Assembly (NCBI RefSeq): GCF_035084215.1
Contig: NC_090349.1
Location: forward strand, 9,982,001 to 10,046,000
DNA from: Heptranchias perlo
Lineage: Eukaryota
Length of the DNA stretch: 64,000 nt
Reading direction: 5' to 3'
Of the stretch, positions 13,419 through 25,121 are shown piece by piece (within the stretch, counting starts at the first letter, position 1; each line of letters begins with the position of its first letter). A model generated the notes under the pieces. The model made no database searches and was not told where the DNA came from. It saw only the letters and a program-made list of their open reading frames with translations. Position numbers and translations under genes: made by a program.

Positions 13419-14103
13419 AAATATTTATTCAATTCCCTTTTAATCACTACCGCGGATTCTTGTTGCATCACTCTTACAGTTAAGACACTACGCGTCCTAA
13501 CATTCCTTTGGGTAAAGAAAATATCCTAACCTCTCCCCTTTGTCCTTCCAGTAATGATGTTAAATTTATGTCCTAAAACATTCGCTGTAACAAAATGGCT
13601 CATAATTCTGAACATTTCTAGCAGACCACATAGTAAGCTGTTAGCGAAAAGAGCGACTCTCGTCTCCTCTCATAACTAAAACCTCGCAGTGCTGGTGTCA
13701 TCTTAATAAATAGCTTCTGTACGTTCTCCAAGGCCTTGAGACTCTCCCTAAAGTACGGCGCCCTTTGTACATGGCTATCTCTCCAATATCACTGGACGCT
13801 GATACATAAGCTCTTTATAAATATGTTTAAGGGGAAAATCTTGACAAACTGACTCAATGTACAAAGAAAATGATTTTAATTTATGAAGTTTGGCAATTCG
13901 TCCGTAATGTTGCAAATATTAGGGGACAGTTTGAGGAGCGCTATGGAACCGAATATAATAACGTGATTGTCGTTGTAATCACCACGAGAGACTCGGACAT
14001 TGATATTTGTGTTCCAGGGAATTTCGACTAAAAAATTGAAAGCAAAAATCGAAAACTAGTAGTTGACAAATTCCAGTTAGTGGATTGCGAATAGTTTACT
14101 TAC

Positions 14104-14445
14104 TGCCCAGATTCAGCTTGGTTCCTCTTCCGATAGTCAATCTACCACTGCCCCACACACCACAGTAATAATCGGCGGCGTCCTCGGATTGCACGTTGGT
14201 GATGGTTAAATGCATCTTGTTACTCGACGAGTCCACAGACCCGGTGAATCGATCTGGAATCCCCGGCCCTCTGGTGGAGCTCCCATACCAAACAAACACA
14301 GGGGCACTGCTGGGTTTCTGCCAGTACCAGCTCGTGTAGTAGCTGCCGATGCTGCCTCCGGACAGGGTACAGGTGATCTTGACAGTTTTGCCCGGGGTGG
14401 TTGAGATGGACGTTTCCTGATTCAGGACAGCATCCGCGTTTGTAC
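14104..14445 (-). CDS. IGLV: Germline-joined V-J exon, Ig lambda-like light chain, cluster A
   Basis: ccag|GT...GGC A|gtaagt, 342 nt, in frame: TNA-DAVLNQETSISTTPGKTVKITCTLSGGSIGSYYTSWYWQKPSSAPVFVWYGSSTRGPGIPDRFTGSVDSSSNKMHLTITNVQSEDAADYYC-GVWGSGRLT-IGRGTKLNLG; no RSS between V and J. Confidence 0.96.
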
Positions 14446-14578
14446 CTGGTGAAATTACAAGTTATTGATCAGTCACATTCTGTGCAATTCTGAATATTCA
14501 GATCTGTTTAACACAATCACAACAAAAATCAGGGCAATGTAAAAAACAGCGATATTTAAGGTTAAGCCGTGTACTTAC

Positions 14579-14627
14579 TGTGGAGACAGAGCATCAATGC
14601 GGCGAGAACTCGAACCCATTCAGTCAT
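14579..14627 (-). CDS. IGLV: Leader exon, cluster A
   Basis: ttcaccATG (Kozak-like) MTEWVRVLAALMLCLH + A|gtaagt; 49 nt, phase 1; 133-nt intron to the V exon. Confidence 0.95.
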
Positions 14628-14724
14628 GGTGAAGGTTTTGGTGACGGTCAGAAGCAAAATGTTTCCTGATACGAATGCGGCTCTGGAGTCTTCCTAAACC
14701 TCTCCTTAAGAACTTCCAAACGTC

Positions 14725-14818
14725 GCAACGTCACTGTATATTAATTATTCATGCAAATCTCTGTCCACGAGACAACAGGCTACAGGACCACAGGTCCCGT
14801 GCTGACTGATATTTGCAT
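14725..14818 (-). promoter_or_regulatory. Ig V promoter, cluster A: two inverted octamers and a CRE half-site
   Basis: atgcaaat 14751-14758, atttgcat 14811-14818, acgtca (TGACGT) 14728-14733; 100-190 bp upstream of the ATG. Confidence 0.88.
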
Positions 14819-15889
14819 AAGTCCAGCCATTTCAAAAATGAGAAATAGAGTCAAAGCCATAGATTAGAACACGACAATGGTTAAATACAGCAAAATAAAT
14901 GGTAGGGTGAAACGGGGTGAAGCGATTAAGTGACTCCAGGCTTGGGTTTTAGAAGTCAGAAGATTGTAATAGAGGAAAGACTGAGGGCGTTAAAGGGTTC
15001 AATAGCTCCGAAATAGAGATAGAGATTGATTGCTAGATGGAGAGATTGGGAAGCATTTGCATCTTATGGAGAGTTAAGCGTTGTGAGAAAAATATGGAAC
15101 AGGAAACGGAGCTTTTTACAATAAATTTTATTAATGAATCTGAGCGACCTATTTGAGGTCACATGAGAAAGTGAGGTTCAGAATGTCGATGTACGGAAAG
15201 ACTAAGGGTGAATGAATCAAATGTAAATGTTGTCTATTTAGACTTGTGGTAGATATACAAAACTATCGGGTGAAATGCCGATGTGCGATGTCATTGTATG
15301 AACCTTTGTACGAAATTGAGTTGCTTCCTATTTGAATGGGAGAGTTAACCCTTTAAAAATAGCAATCCAAAAGAAATTTCATACAAATACTGTAAATGTC
15401 GGTAAGAATATCTCACAGCACGATTTCACTATATGCGTCTTTGAAGAATTGAAAGAAGTAAAATTGTCATCGTCCAGTTGAAGGGCACAGAAGAGAGCAA
15501 GATGTAACGATTCAATCATTGCACTGGGAGAGGACTGACGGTTGCAAGATCAGATAGCGTCCCATAAGCACATGTCTGATACTCTTTAAATACATAGGCC
15601 AAAACAGCTCGATTTTCTGCTATGCTGTACCTTTACCACTGAAGAGGACTGAATCATTCAATTTCCACAATTGACAATTAACAATACTTGATGAGAATAT
15701 TCTGTAAAGCTGCTCTCGGTAAAGTTTTCTATATTTCCTATTTTAAACACACAATTTTGGCGTAAAATTTCTTGACGATGATTTAATTCCTATTATGCAA
15801 TTGAAAACATATTTGCCCCATTGTTAGTCTGGAGAGTACAGGATAGTGTATAATAGGTTAACCGATTGGTATGGATAAACGGTACCATG

Positions 15890-17095
15890 GAATTACATCG
15901 AGTCTACAGCACAGAAAAAGGCTATTCGGCCCAACTGGACTATGTCGGCGTTTATGCTCCACACGAGCCTCCTCCCAATTGTTTCCTTGATTCTTTCCTA
16001 ACCTCTTCTTATTCCGTTTTGTCATCCTCTCCTTTATTGTCTGTGTACTTAGAGTATGCTTTTATCTTTTGTTTCAATTTTACCTTTATCATCCATGGCG
16101 TTTCATTACTGGCTAGTTTGTTCTTGTTTTTTAGAGGAATAAATTTCTCCTGAACTCTATGGATCACCGTTTTAAATTTTTCCCACTGCTGTTCTATCCT
16201 TTTGTCTGTCAACATTTTTTTCCAGTTCACCTTCCATACGCATCCCCTCAAAATTAGCTTTTTTCCCCAATCTATTACTTTGGTCCTTGTCTTACCCATG
16301 TCTTTCTCAAACATTATTTTAAACCGTATTATATTATGATCTCTATTGCCTCGATGTCCCCCTAAGCTTACTTTTCTTATCTGATCTGGTTCATTTCCCA
16401 ATACTAGATCCAGCAGTGATTCCTCTCCTGTTGGGCTTCACATACTAAGTAAGAAAGGAGTTCTGTACACGCTGTAAAAACTCAATTCCCCTTTCCCCTT
16501 TCCGTGCCTCTTCTTGCCAGTTTATTTGGGGGTAGTTGAAATCTCCCATGATTATCATTCGACTTTTTTTTACTCATTTCATAGATTTGCCTACACATTT
16601 CTTCCTCCACTTCCCTTTCACTATTAGGTGGTCTGTAGAATATACCTATTAACGTGATCGATCCCTTCTTATCCTTTTTCTCAATCCATATGGATTATGT
16701 TTCTATCTTGATATTACTTATGTCCCTTTTCTCTCTTGCCATTATGTTGTCTCTAATTAGTACAGCTACCTCCCCCACCCCCTTCTTCCTTCCCTATCCT
16801 TTCTAAATACGTTATATCTTGCAATACTTAACTACCAGTGCTGTTCTTTATGTAGCCATGTTTCAGTTATCCCTACCATATATGACTCATCGCTACGAAT
16901 TATTGCCTCCAGTTCCACCGTTTTGTTTTGGAAGCTGTGCACATTGCTGTACAGGCAATTTAATTTGTTTTTGATATTTGTTCCCCTCACTTCATTTTTA
17001 ACAGCCATTTTGTACTAATGCTCTATAACTGTATTTGTCCCCTGACCGTTTATGTTATCCTTATTCCTTATCTTGGTCTGACATTTACTCTCACC
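15890..17095 (-). mobile_element. CR1 fragments (3' tail piece and APE endonuclease region)
   Basis: MGNEPDQIRKVSLGGHRGNRDHNIIRFKI...PWMIK; absent from the paralogous position (about 52510) in cluster B. Confidence 0.8.
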
Positions 17096-17604
17096 TCCTC
17101 ATGGTTAGCATAGAGGGCTAAAGTAAAGGAGGAAATGTAGAAGTCGTAGGGTTACATTGGGCGTGATTCGGCAGAAGGCTGAGAACGTCCGCTATGAAAT
17201 TCTGAAAAACAATTCAGAAGTCAGTACTAATATCTGTCTATTATGAATTTATCCTGTGAGATGGTGTCAGCACATCGTTTAGCTTAGGTTGTTCGGATTC
17301 TGTCGGTCGAAGCTAAGCAACAGGAGGTGTCAGTTAAAGGCAATTGAGGAAGCATCAAAGGGTTTATGTAAAGAATTATGGCTAGTTTTGAGGCAATTTG
17401 GCTGGTTTATTATTCTGGTAACGGCGTGGTCTTTATAACCGCAAAATTGTCTTATCTGTACTGTTCAGAAATGAAATGTCTTCGACATTCCGGTGAGTCT
17501 GAAGTGTATGTGGTACAACATTTTCACCTACTGGTGTAGTAGCATATGACACACAAGGATCAAATGACAGTAGTCTTAGATTTAACGGCATAGCCGGCCT
17601 ATTA

Positions 17605-17690
17605 TACGCCCCGCTTGATATTCCATTCTACTGAAGACAATGGAATTGAATATCATGCGGGGAGTAAAACAGACGGCCAATAACATACGG
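17605..17690. repeat. Palindromic MITE-like remnant
   Basis: cgccccgcttgatattcca ... ttgaatatcatgcggggag are imperfect inverted arms; paralog at about 52995-53075. Confidence 0.6.
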
Positions 17691-17714
17691 CCTGTTTTGC
17701 GCTGCCACGCAGAA

Positions 17715-18142
17715 GAAGGATTGGGTGGAATGGGCCTATTCTCTCTGGAGTTTAGAAAAATAAGAGGTGATCTCATTGAAACATGTAAGATTCTGAGAGG
17801 GCTTGACAGGATATATACTGAGAGGCTGTTTCCCCTGGCTGGAGAGTCTAGAATTTGGGGGATAGTTTCAGGATAAGGGGTCAGCCATTTAGGACTGAGG
17901 TGAGGAGGAATTTCTTCACTCAGCAGGTTGTGAATCTTTGGAATTCTCTACCCCAGAGGGCTGTGGGAGCTGAGTCCTTGAGCATAGATTTTTGGATTCC
18001 AAGGGAATCAAAGGATGTGGGGATCGGGCAGGAAAGTGGAGTTGAGGTCGAAGATCAGCCATGATCTTATTGAATGATGGAGCTGGCTCGAGGGGCCGTA
18101 TGGCCTACTACTGCTCCTGTTTCGTATGTTCTTATGTTCTTA
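17715..18142 (+). mobile_element. CR1 LINE 3' fragment
   Basis: GLFSLEFRKIRGDLIETCKIL; tail tatgttcttatgttctt. Confidence 0.9.
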
Positions 18143-18166
18143 CCACCCAATAACTTAGAATCTATT

Positions 18167-19130
18167 GGGGTTGAAATTCGGTGCAGCAGGCTATAACTAT
18201 CCCTGACATAAAATCTGGCTCATACTACACAACCCCTCCCAATCTCCCCAGGTAGCGAAAGTATGCTTTTAATGAGCCTTAAGATGACCAGTCTAATAGA
18301 AGAATTTTGCTCCTTGTAGTGCTCCTCTGTTGTTTTCGGCCACTCATACTGGGAGAATAATTCATAAGTGGCGGGTAGGCTTTATCACCCAGAAGCCATT
18401 GATGTGATTTTCTTCCCTGCAGAGGTGAGTGATGGCCGAATTTTGTGGTATGAAGGCATCATGACAACTTCCAGCACATCGGTTGTCGGCATGAAGAATT
18501 CTCTGTATGTGATCACACGGAATCGGTACATTCAGGGATTGGAAGCCCCTCCTGTCGATGTAGTTCAGAGGGTGTTGTATGGGTGTGTGCAAAGCAAGAT
18601 GTGTGCCATCGATTGTAGCCTTGAAGAAACCAGCAACCCAGTAAAAGCAGATGGCCCTATCCAGCTGCTGCCTTGTTATGATGCCAAATGTGATGGAAAG
18701 GGCATCTACAACCTGAGGAATGCATGGCCAGTCTGATATTGCAGAGATCCCTCACTGGTACTTAGAATTACCCTGTGATATAAAAGTTGAGGGCGGTGAT
18801 TACCTGCATAGCCACAGAGAGAGCAATGTGAGTAGATGAGCGTGGCTATAGGTCCTCCTGCACTAGGTAACAGACCTGCCCTATTGCCCCTTTGGTAAAG
18901 TATACTTTTCTTATTCACAACTCCCCAGAGAAGTCCTCATATGGGGTAATATCTGGTAGGCTGCATCCTTCTTAAATACTGCCTGAGGCTTCTTTGCTCC
19001 ATCTTGTGCAGATCCCCCCCACCTCACCCTGCATGATAGTTGCATTCAGGGGTATTCCATAGGGAATATCATCCTCAGAAGCCTGAGAGGGTTCTCTTGT
19101 CTTGGTTCACACAATGACCTTGACAAAAGA
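18167..19130 (-). mobile_element. Harbinger transposase remnant (HARBI1-like DDE)
   Basis: IDGTH...YIDRRGFQSLNVPIPCDHIQRILHADNRCAGSCHDAFI; starts ggggttgaaatt (possible TIR); paralogs at 41250-42340 and 53120-54480. Confidence 0.85.
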
Positions 19131-20169
19131 TCCAATTCATGATAACTAGTTAAAGAGGAGAGTTTTCCTTTCAGTTACCTGCAACACCCATCCCTGTGTT
19201 TACTCCATTTTCCACATCAGTGCTAAACGATGTCTTGCCCTGTGAATTTGAGTCCACTAACAATGGAGTTCAAACTGCTGAATCTTATTTCCTGTAGGAC
19301 CTTCAGGCCCATTATGAAGAGTTTTCCTTCTGCACTTTACACCAGTGCTCTTTCTGTGTTCGCAAGGAAATAAACAGGAAGATTTCCAATGGGATCCGCT
19401 CTTTCGTGATCTAAACCTTAAATAACGGTATGAGTGAACCTCTCAAATATTCCTCAAATTTTCGGCAAGTACTCGCGATTTCACCCTTTCACCCGTTCGC
19501 TGTGCAGCTGAAGGGTCCGACTTTCGATGCTCATAACAGTTCCGTTCAATGGGTTGTCCCGAATTGGGACTGATGAGACCCAGGTCTATTTTGGCGGATT
19601 TGGAAAGTCAATGGCCGAAATTAGTGCTTACTGGCACGCATTTCGTTAACTATTTTCCTCTGTGCGCAGAACAGTTGATCTGACTTCAGACCACTTAGGG
19701 AACGTTACAACAAGCCATCGTGGCCTCGCACCAGCAAAGGGAAAACCGTGCGAAGTTACCGCTTCTGATCGTTATTCTCCGCTGGAAGTGTCCAAGAGCG
19801 GATCGACCGTGAGGATCCGATCAAATTCGTCTTTGGCACTTCCCCTCCCAACAGTGGGAACGCTTATTTATTCTGAGAAATTGTCCCTGATCACAGTAAC
19901 AAGGTACAGGAAAGAGGCTGCAAATTCAAGGGAGCAGGAGGGAGAAATTTGTTGGAAATAAAGGGCGGGAAAAATAAAATCAATGAACAGCAGGCCACAA
20001 GAAAATGCCGAGCAGCAGAGGTGAAACTAAACGGAACAAAAACAGGAGAATGAAACACTGACAAATATAAAACGGAAATACAACTTAGGAAACATACTTT
20101 CACAAGTCCAGGCTGGAAAGATCTTTACGATCAGTGGATAAATGTTTTATTACCTGTTAATTGCCTTAA

Positions 20170-20272
20170 TGTTTCAACACTGACTGCACTTCAAAAATAC
20201 TTCATTGGTTGTAAAGCGCTTTGGGACGTCCTGAGGTCGCGAAAGGCACTGTATAAATGCAAGTCTTTCTTT
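20170..20272 (+). mobile_element. Deu-domain SINE 3' end
   Basis: cacttcaaaaatacttcattggttgtaaagcgctttgggacgtcctgaggtcgcgaaaggcactgtataaatgcaagtc; same family as 10931-11105. Confidence 0.7.
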
Positions 20273-21364
20273 AACACAGGCAAGTTATCACACTAGTACT
20301 GAGCACAATGGAACCTCCTTCAATTATAATTCAACTGGACTGCAAGTTTGAAACTGTTGAGAGGAAGACTGATCAAGAGTAGTCATGTAATTCATTGATA
20401 ACCAGAGTCACTGGTTTAGAGGAATGAATAAATCAAATTCTGATCTGGAATTTGGGCGCTTTGGGGTCACATCCATTTTTTTTCTGCAAATACCACAATG
20501 CAGTCGCCTTGTTGATAACTTAATTCAATGATTGTAATGCTACTTAAACTACAATGACCCACGAGGGTACGAATTCCTCTGATCACTGTGTGATGCGCTA
20601 ACCTAAATGTTTGTGAAGGTTTCCATGGACTTCCCTGGTAAGCACATGAGACGTTCTTTTGGAAGGTTTACGAGCTCACTACAAATACTGAAAGGGGCAG
20701 CCTTCAGAAATGCATTAACAATGTCCCACTAATGGTGAAAAATTAATTCTTAACCTGCCCACAAGTTGTATGAGGGATACACGAAGTTAAACTCGGAGCC
20801 ACCAATTGCTCACTGCACAGCCCTACTGCATTTAAATTAAATGATAATCACACTCACGTAAAAAGTAATGGTCATGTTCAATGCAGATGAGGCGAGGGTC
20901 ACTACTGTTGGTTTAATCTCACTAGTTTCAGGTTCCAATTTTACCGACTTTATCAAATCCCACAATTACGCTCTACATTAAGCCTCAACGTGTAACCCCA
21001 TATTACGATTCTGTATTTTTTATACTTCACTTTTCAAATATGTAAATGAATAAGAAAATCAATCGATACTAACATTCTTGCAAGGTGAGCGTGAGAACTG
21101 TGTTGTGGTTTGATCCATCTTTATCTGAATCCGGTTAATCTTTTTTATATTTTTATTCTTGTTAACCTAAATATGCATTTATATATCCGATTCAGACAGT
21201 TCACAATTTATTCACATTGTGTTGTATCCTGGGAGGGGAGACCGTTCTTCGTGTGACTAGGCAGCCAAAAGCCGAATATTGGGTTGCATTTACATAAAAT
21301 AGCGCCTCAAACCTGACTCTGCCAGGTTGCAATGGTATTGTCAGCATTCAAATTATAACTGACT

Positions 21365-21820
21365 GAAAAGTCTGAACAGGCTGGGGCTGTGAAAGATTGA
21401 ACAGGCTGGGAATCTTTTCTCTAGCAAAGAGAAGGCTGAGGGGTGACGTAATAGAGGTCTTTCAAATTATGGAAGAGTTTCATGGTGTAGATGTAGACAA
21501 GATGTTTTGAATTGTAGGGGTGTGCAAAACTAGGGGACAAATATATGAGATAGTCATTAATAAATCCAATAATCAATTCAGGAGAAACTTCTTTACCTAG
21601 AGAGTGGTTAGAATGCGGAACTTGCTACCACATGGAATAGTTGAGGTGAGTAGCGTAGATGCCTTTAAGGGGAAGCTACATAAGTACATGAGGGAGAAAA
21701 GAATAGAAAAATATATAGTTGGTGTTAGACGAAGTAGGGTGGAAGGAGCCCCGTTTGGAGCATAAACACTGGCATAGACCAGTTTGACCGAATGGCCCGT
21801 TTCTTTGTTGTAATTTCTAA
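21365..21820 (+). mobile_element. CR1 LINE 3' fragment
   Basis: gagaaggctgaggggtgacgtaatagaggtc ... CR1 3' UTR. Confidence 0.8.
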
Positions 21821-22207
21821 GCAATAATCCAAGGAAGGTTGGCGGGGTTGAGCGTTATTAGACTTGCATCGCAACATTCTAAATAAGTTTGGACTACACA
21901 TTCAAAGGAAGTTTAAATAAAGCAAAATTGGAATCTTCAGAATGTAATCCAAATAAGAATGATTAGTCTTTCAGTTTTAAATTTATTTCTAGATCTATAG
22001 GGCCCTCGGTTTTCTTCAATTCGTTATATAGTTTCCTCGATGTACAGACCCTATGTGATTAGTTAAAGAACATTATCAATCTGCCAATGTTACACTTTTA
22101 AGCTTGTACTGTAGTACTGAGTTTTGAACAAGTAAAACTTTGAATTTCGACTTTTTAAATCCATTTCAGAATGCATCTTCAAAAGTTGTTTCTACTTTTC
22201 TTTCCAG

Positions 22208-22523
22208 ATCTGCGGGCCCATTCTATGTTCGTCCTTCCGCCTTCATAGGATCAAGTCACCTAAAAGAATACGGCGACCCTGGTGTGTTTGATGAACGGTT
22301 TTACCCAGGCACTGTAGAGATTGAATTCACTGTGGATGGCAGTGTCAGAGTGAATGGTGTTGCGACCAGTCGGGTCCAGCAGGAGACGGACAACACGTCC
22401 AGTGTGAGCAGTTATCTGACTCTGGCAGCCTCAGAGTGGAACTCACACGAGCTTTACTCCTGTGTGGTTAAACACGAGACTCAGACAAACCCGTTTCAAA
22501 CAAGTATCGCGAGATCCAGTTGA
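22208..22523 (+). pseudogene. IGLC: Orphan Ig light-chain C exon pseudogene, opposite orientation
   Basis: ttccag|AT acceptor; in-frame TAG 22246-22248 and TAA 22261-22263, a 1-nt frameshift near 22303, conserved Trp changed to Phe, 6-nt loss of the terminal Cys-Ile; AATAAA at 22559-22564. Confidence 0.93.
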
Positions 22524-25121
22524 TTCAAGAATCTTTTGTATTCGTCTATTATACTCTTAATAAACTTTCTTTGAACAAAGTTAGATTTTAAAGGTTGAAT
22601 TTTTATTTTAATTGCCGTATTTCAAGTCATAACAATAAACGTGCAATTAGTTTGTTTGCTTGATTCCACTGGGTGTAAACCAAGAGTGTGTTGACTCTGC
22701 GGTCATCATACCTTCTCCGTATCATTAGAAATACTGCAGTGTAATACAATTACTGATCTATTGTCTCAGATGATGTTATTCTTTTCTTGCTGTAACTCCC
22801 TCCAAACGTATGGAAAAGATAAATATTAATCAGAATTCCAACAGAATGAGAATATAACCTAAATTAAAAAGGGAACGCATAAAATCATAGAATCATATGA
22901 TACGAATACCTCACTAGTGGCCACCACGCTGCTGGCCCTCTGAGAGTAGGGAACATGATGGGGAACACTGAAGAAAGAGCTGTTTAGTGCTGGAAAGAAT
23001 TATAAATATAACACCAAAGCAGCGGCGGTGCAAGGTTTGTTCGCCATTGTTAAGGGAGTTACAGATGAGAATGAGAAACTAAGAAATGGTATGAAAGAAG
23101 AAAGAATACGTGCAAGGTGTCAAGAATTAATAACACGATTAGAACAGTGCTCAAAACATTGTAATAAATTGAAGGATACTACGCAGGAGGAGGCGGGGTA
23201 TCAGGCGATAAAGGCAGCCATTAAACATTAGACAGAAGCTATAATGCAGTTACCTAAAGAACCCTCGGCTAGTTATATCGAGTGTAACAAAAGAATTAGA
23301 GAAAATAGAAAGAAATTGAAAGCCCAAAAGGTTGTTAGCCAGACCTTCACCGTGCCAGGCTTGGGTGAAGCCTCTGCTCAATGGGGGATCACATTGATAA
23401 TATTGTTGGAGTACACAAGCCCGCAAACCCTGAGCTAGTGGCACAACAGGAGGACCAATGCAAGCCCTTGAGGGAGCATTTCTTAAACCTAAATGAGGTT
23501 TTAAATCAGTAGAACACTGGGCTAAGTAGTCAACATCAGAGATTGAAAGTTGAGATGAGAGAAAAAGGATAAATACATGAGAAGAGCGTATCCCTTTCTA
23601 CCGTTGACACAGGCTACACCAGGATCTTTTCTTGTTTTCAGTGTACTGTTTTGTTTTAAATTTCTTAGTGAAACTACAGTCTGTAATACTGTGCCGGGGT
23701 GGCTCCGCCCCCTTTTCGCAGTCGCTCTCTAAAGTGTTAAACCTTTGTAGACATTACCTTCATCCTCTTCATTCATAAATGGTGTTCAGTACCAGAAGTC
23801 AAGAATATATAAAAAAAAGAGAAGAAAATATAAAACTTTAAATGAGATGCAAACTGAAAGATAGAGGAAAGACACATGGGAAGCAGCTAAATTCGAAAAG
23901 AAAAAAAAGTAAAAGCAGATGAAAAACATTTTCTATATAACTTCACGGATAGAAAAGCAGTTTCATTACCTTAGGCATTACCTTAGTTAACATTAAGATT
24001 GTTACAAATATTTCAATCCTGCAAGAGCTATTTTTTCCTCAGTTGATAAATTCAATGGTAAGGCAATGAAACAATCCACTTGGGGTGAATATGACTTATA
24101 TTTTAAAGCCATGGGTCGTAATACTAATATCCGCAAGAGTAGTTATAGTGGTTCGAACAGCCAGCAACATATTAAGATCGATCACAACAGTGTTAAAAGG
24201 GGTTATTGGATAAAATTAGTCTCCGAACACAAAGGGACGCAGAGATTAGCAGTAAAATGTGGGAAGATGCCGCGTTTGAAATTAGGTTGGGAATGTGAAA
24301 GAATAACAGGTTTTCTCGGTAATAAATATCTATAAGAGATAAGGAAGTGAAGGCCAAGAAGTTAAGATGCGGTCAATCATGAGGGAAGAATGTCCGAGAA
24401 CAAAAAACAGATAGCAGATACGATAACGCAGGTGCACATGGGGTTGCACTGCATAATGCAATGATGTATTAGCTGAACGTAACAGGAGAGGGCGTACGTA
24501 TTACCCTTATGCCTAATAGGAGGGTTATAGGGTTATGCAGCTCACCCTATAACCCTCCTATTTCTCATCTACATATTGCCCCTCCGCGATATTATCCCAA
24601 GACACAACGTCAGGTTCCACATGTATGCTGAGGATACCCAGCTCTGCCTGACTACTACCGATTTCAACCACCTCAGTGCGTCTGTGTTTTCAGACATCCA
24701 ATCTTGGATGAGGAGAAATATCCTCCAGATAAACATAAGGAAGACGGAAACCATTGTCTTAGGCCCCACCACAAACTCCTTCCCCTAACCACAGATTCCG
24801 TCTCCCTCATTGGCTAGTGTCTCAGGTTAAAGCAGACTGTTTGAAACCTCCAAGGCCTATTGGACCCTGGCGTGAGATTCCGACCCCATATCCTGTCCAT
24901 CAGAAAGATCGCCGACTTCCACCTCCGTAACATCACCCACCTCAGTCCCTGCCGCAGCCCATCTGCTGCTGGAACTCTCCTCCATGCTTTTGTTAGCTCC
25001 ATACTCGACTATTCCAATGCACTCCTGGCTGGCGTTTCATCTTCCACCCTCAATAATCTTTGGAGCTCATCCAAAATTCTGCTGTCTGTACCGTAACTCG
25101 TACCAAGTCCCGTTCACCCAT

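Noticed and set aside
14018-14027. NF-kB-like GGGAATTTCG in the J-C intron
   Set aside because: Imperfect match and not conserved at the paralogous site in cluster B
14161-14167. Cryptic heptamer CACAGTA (TACTGTG) at the 3' end of V in cluster A
   Set aside because: Follows from the YYC codons; no nonamer at 12 or 23 bp; absent in cluster B
18362-18592. Domesticated HARBI1 gene
   Set aside because: All copies carry stops, frameshifts or insertions
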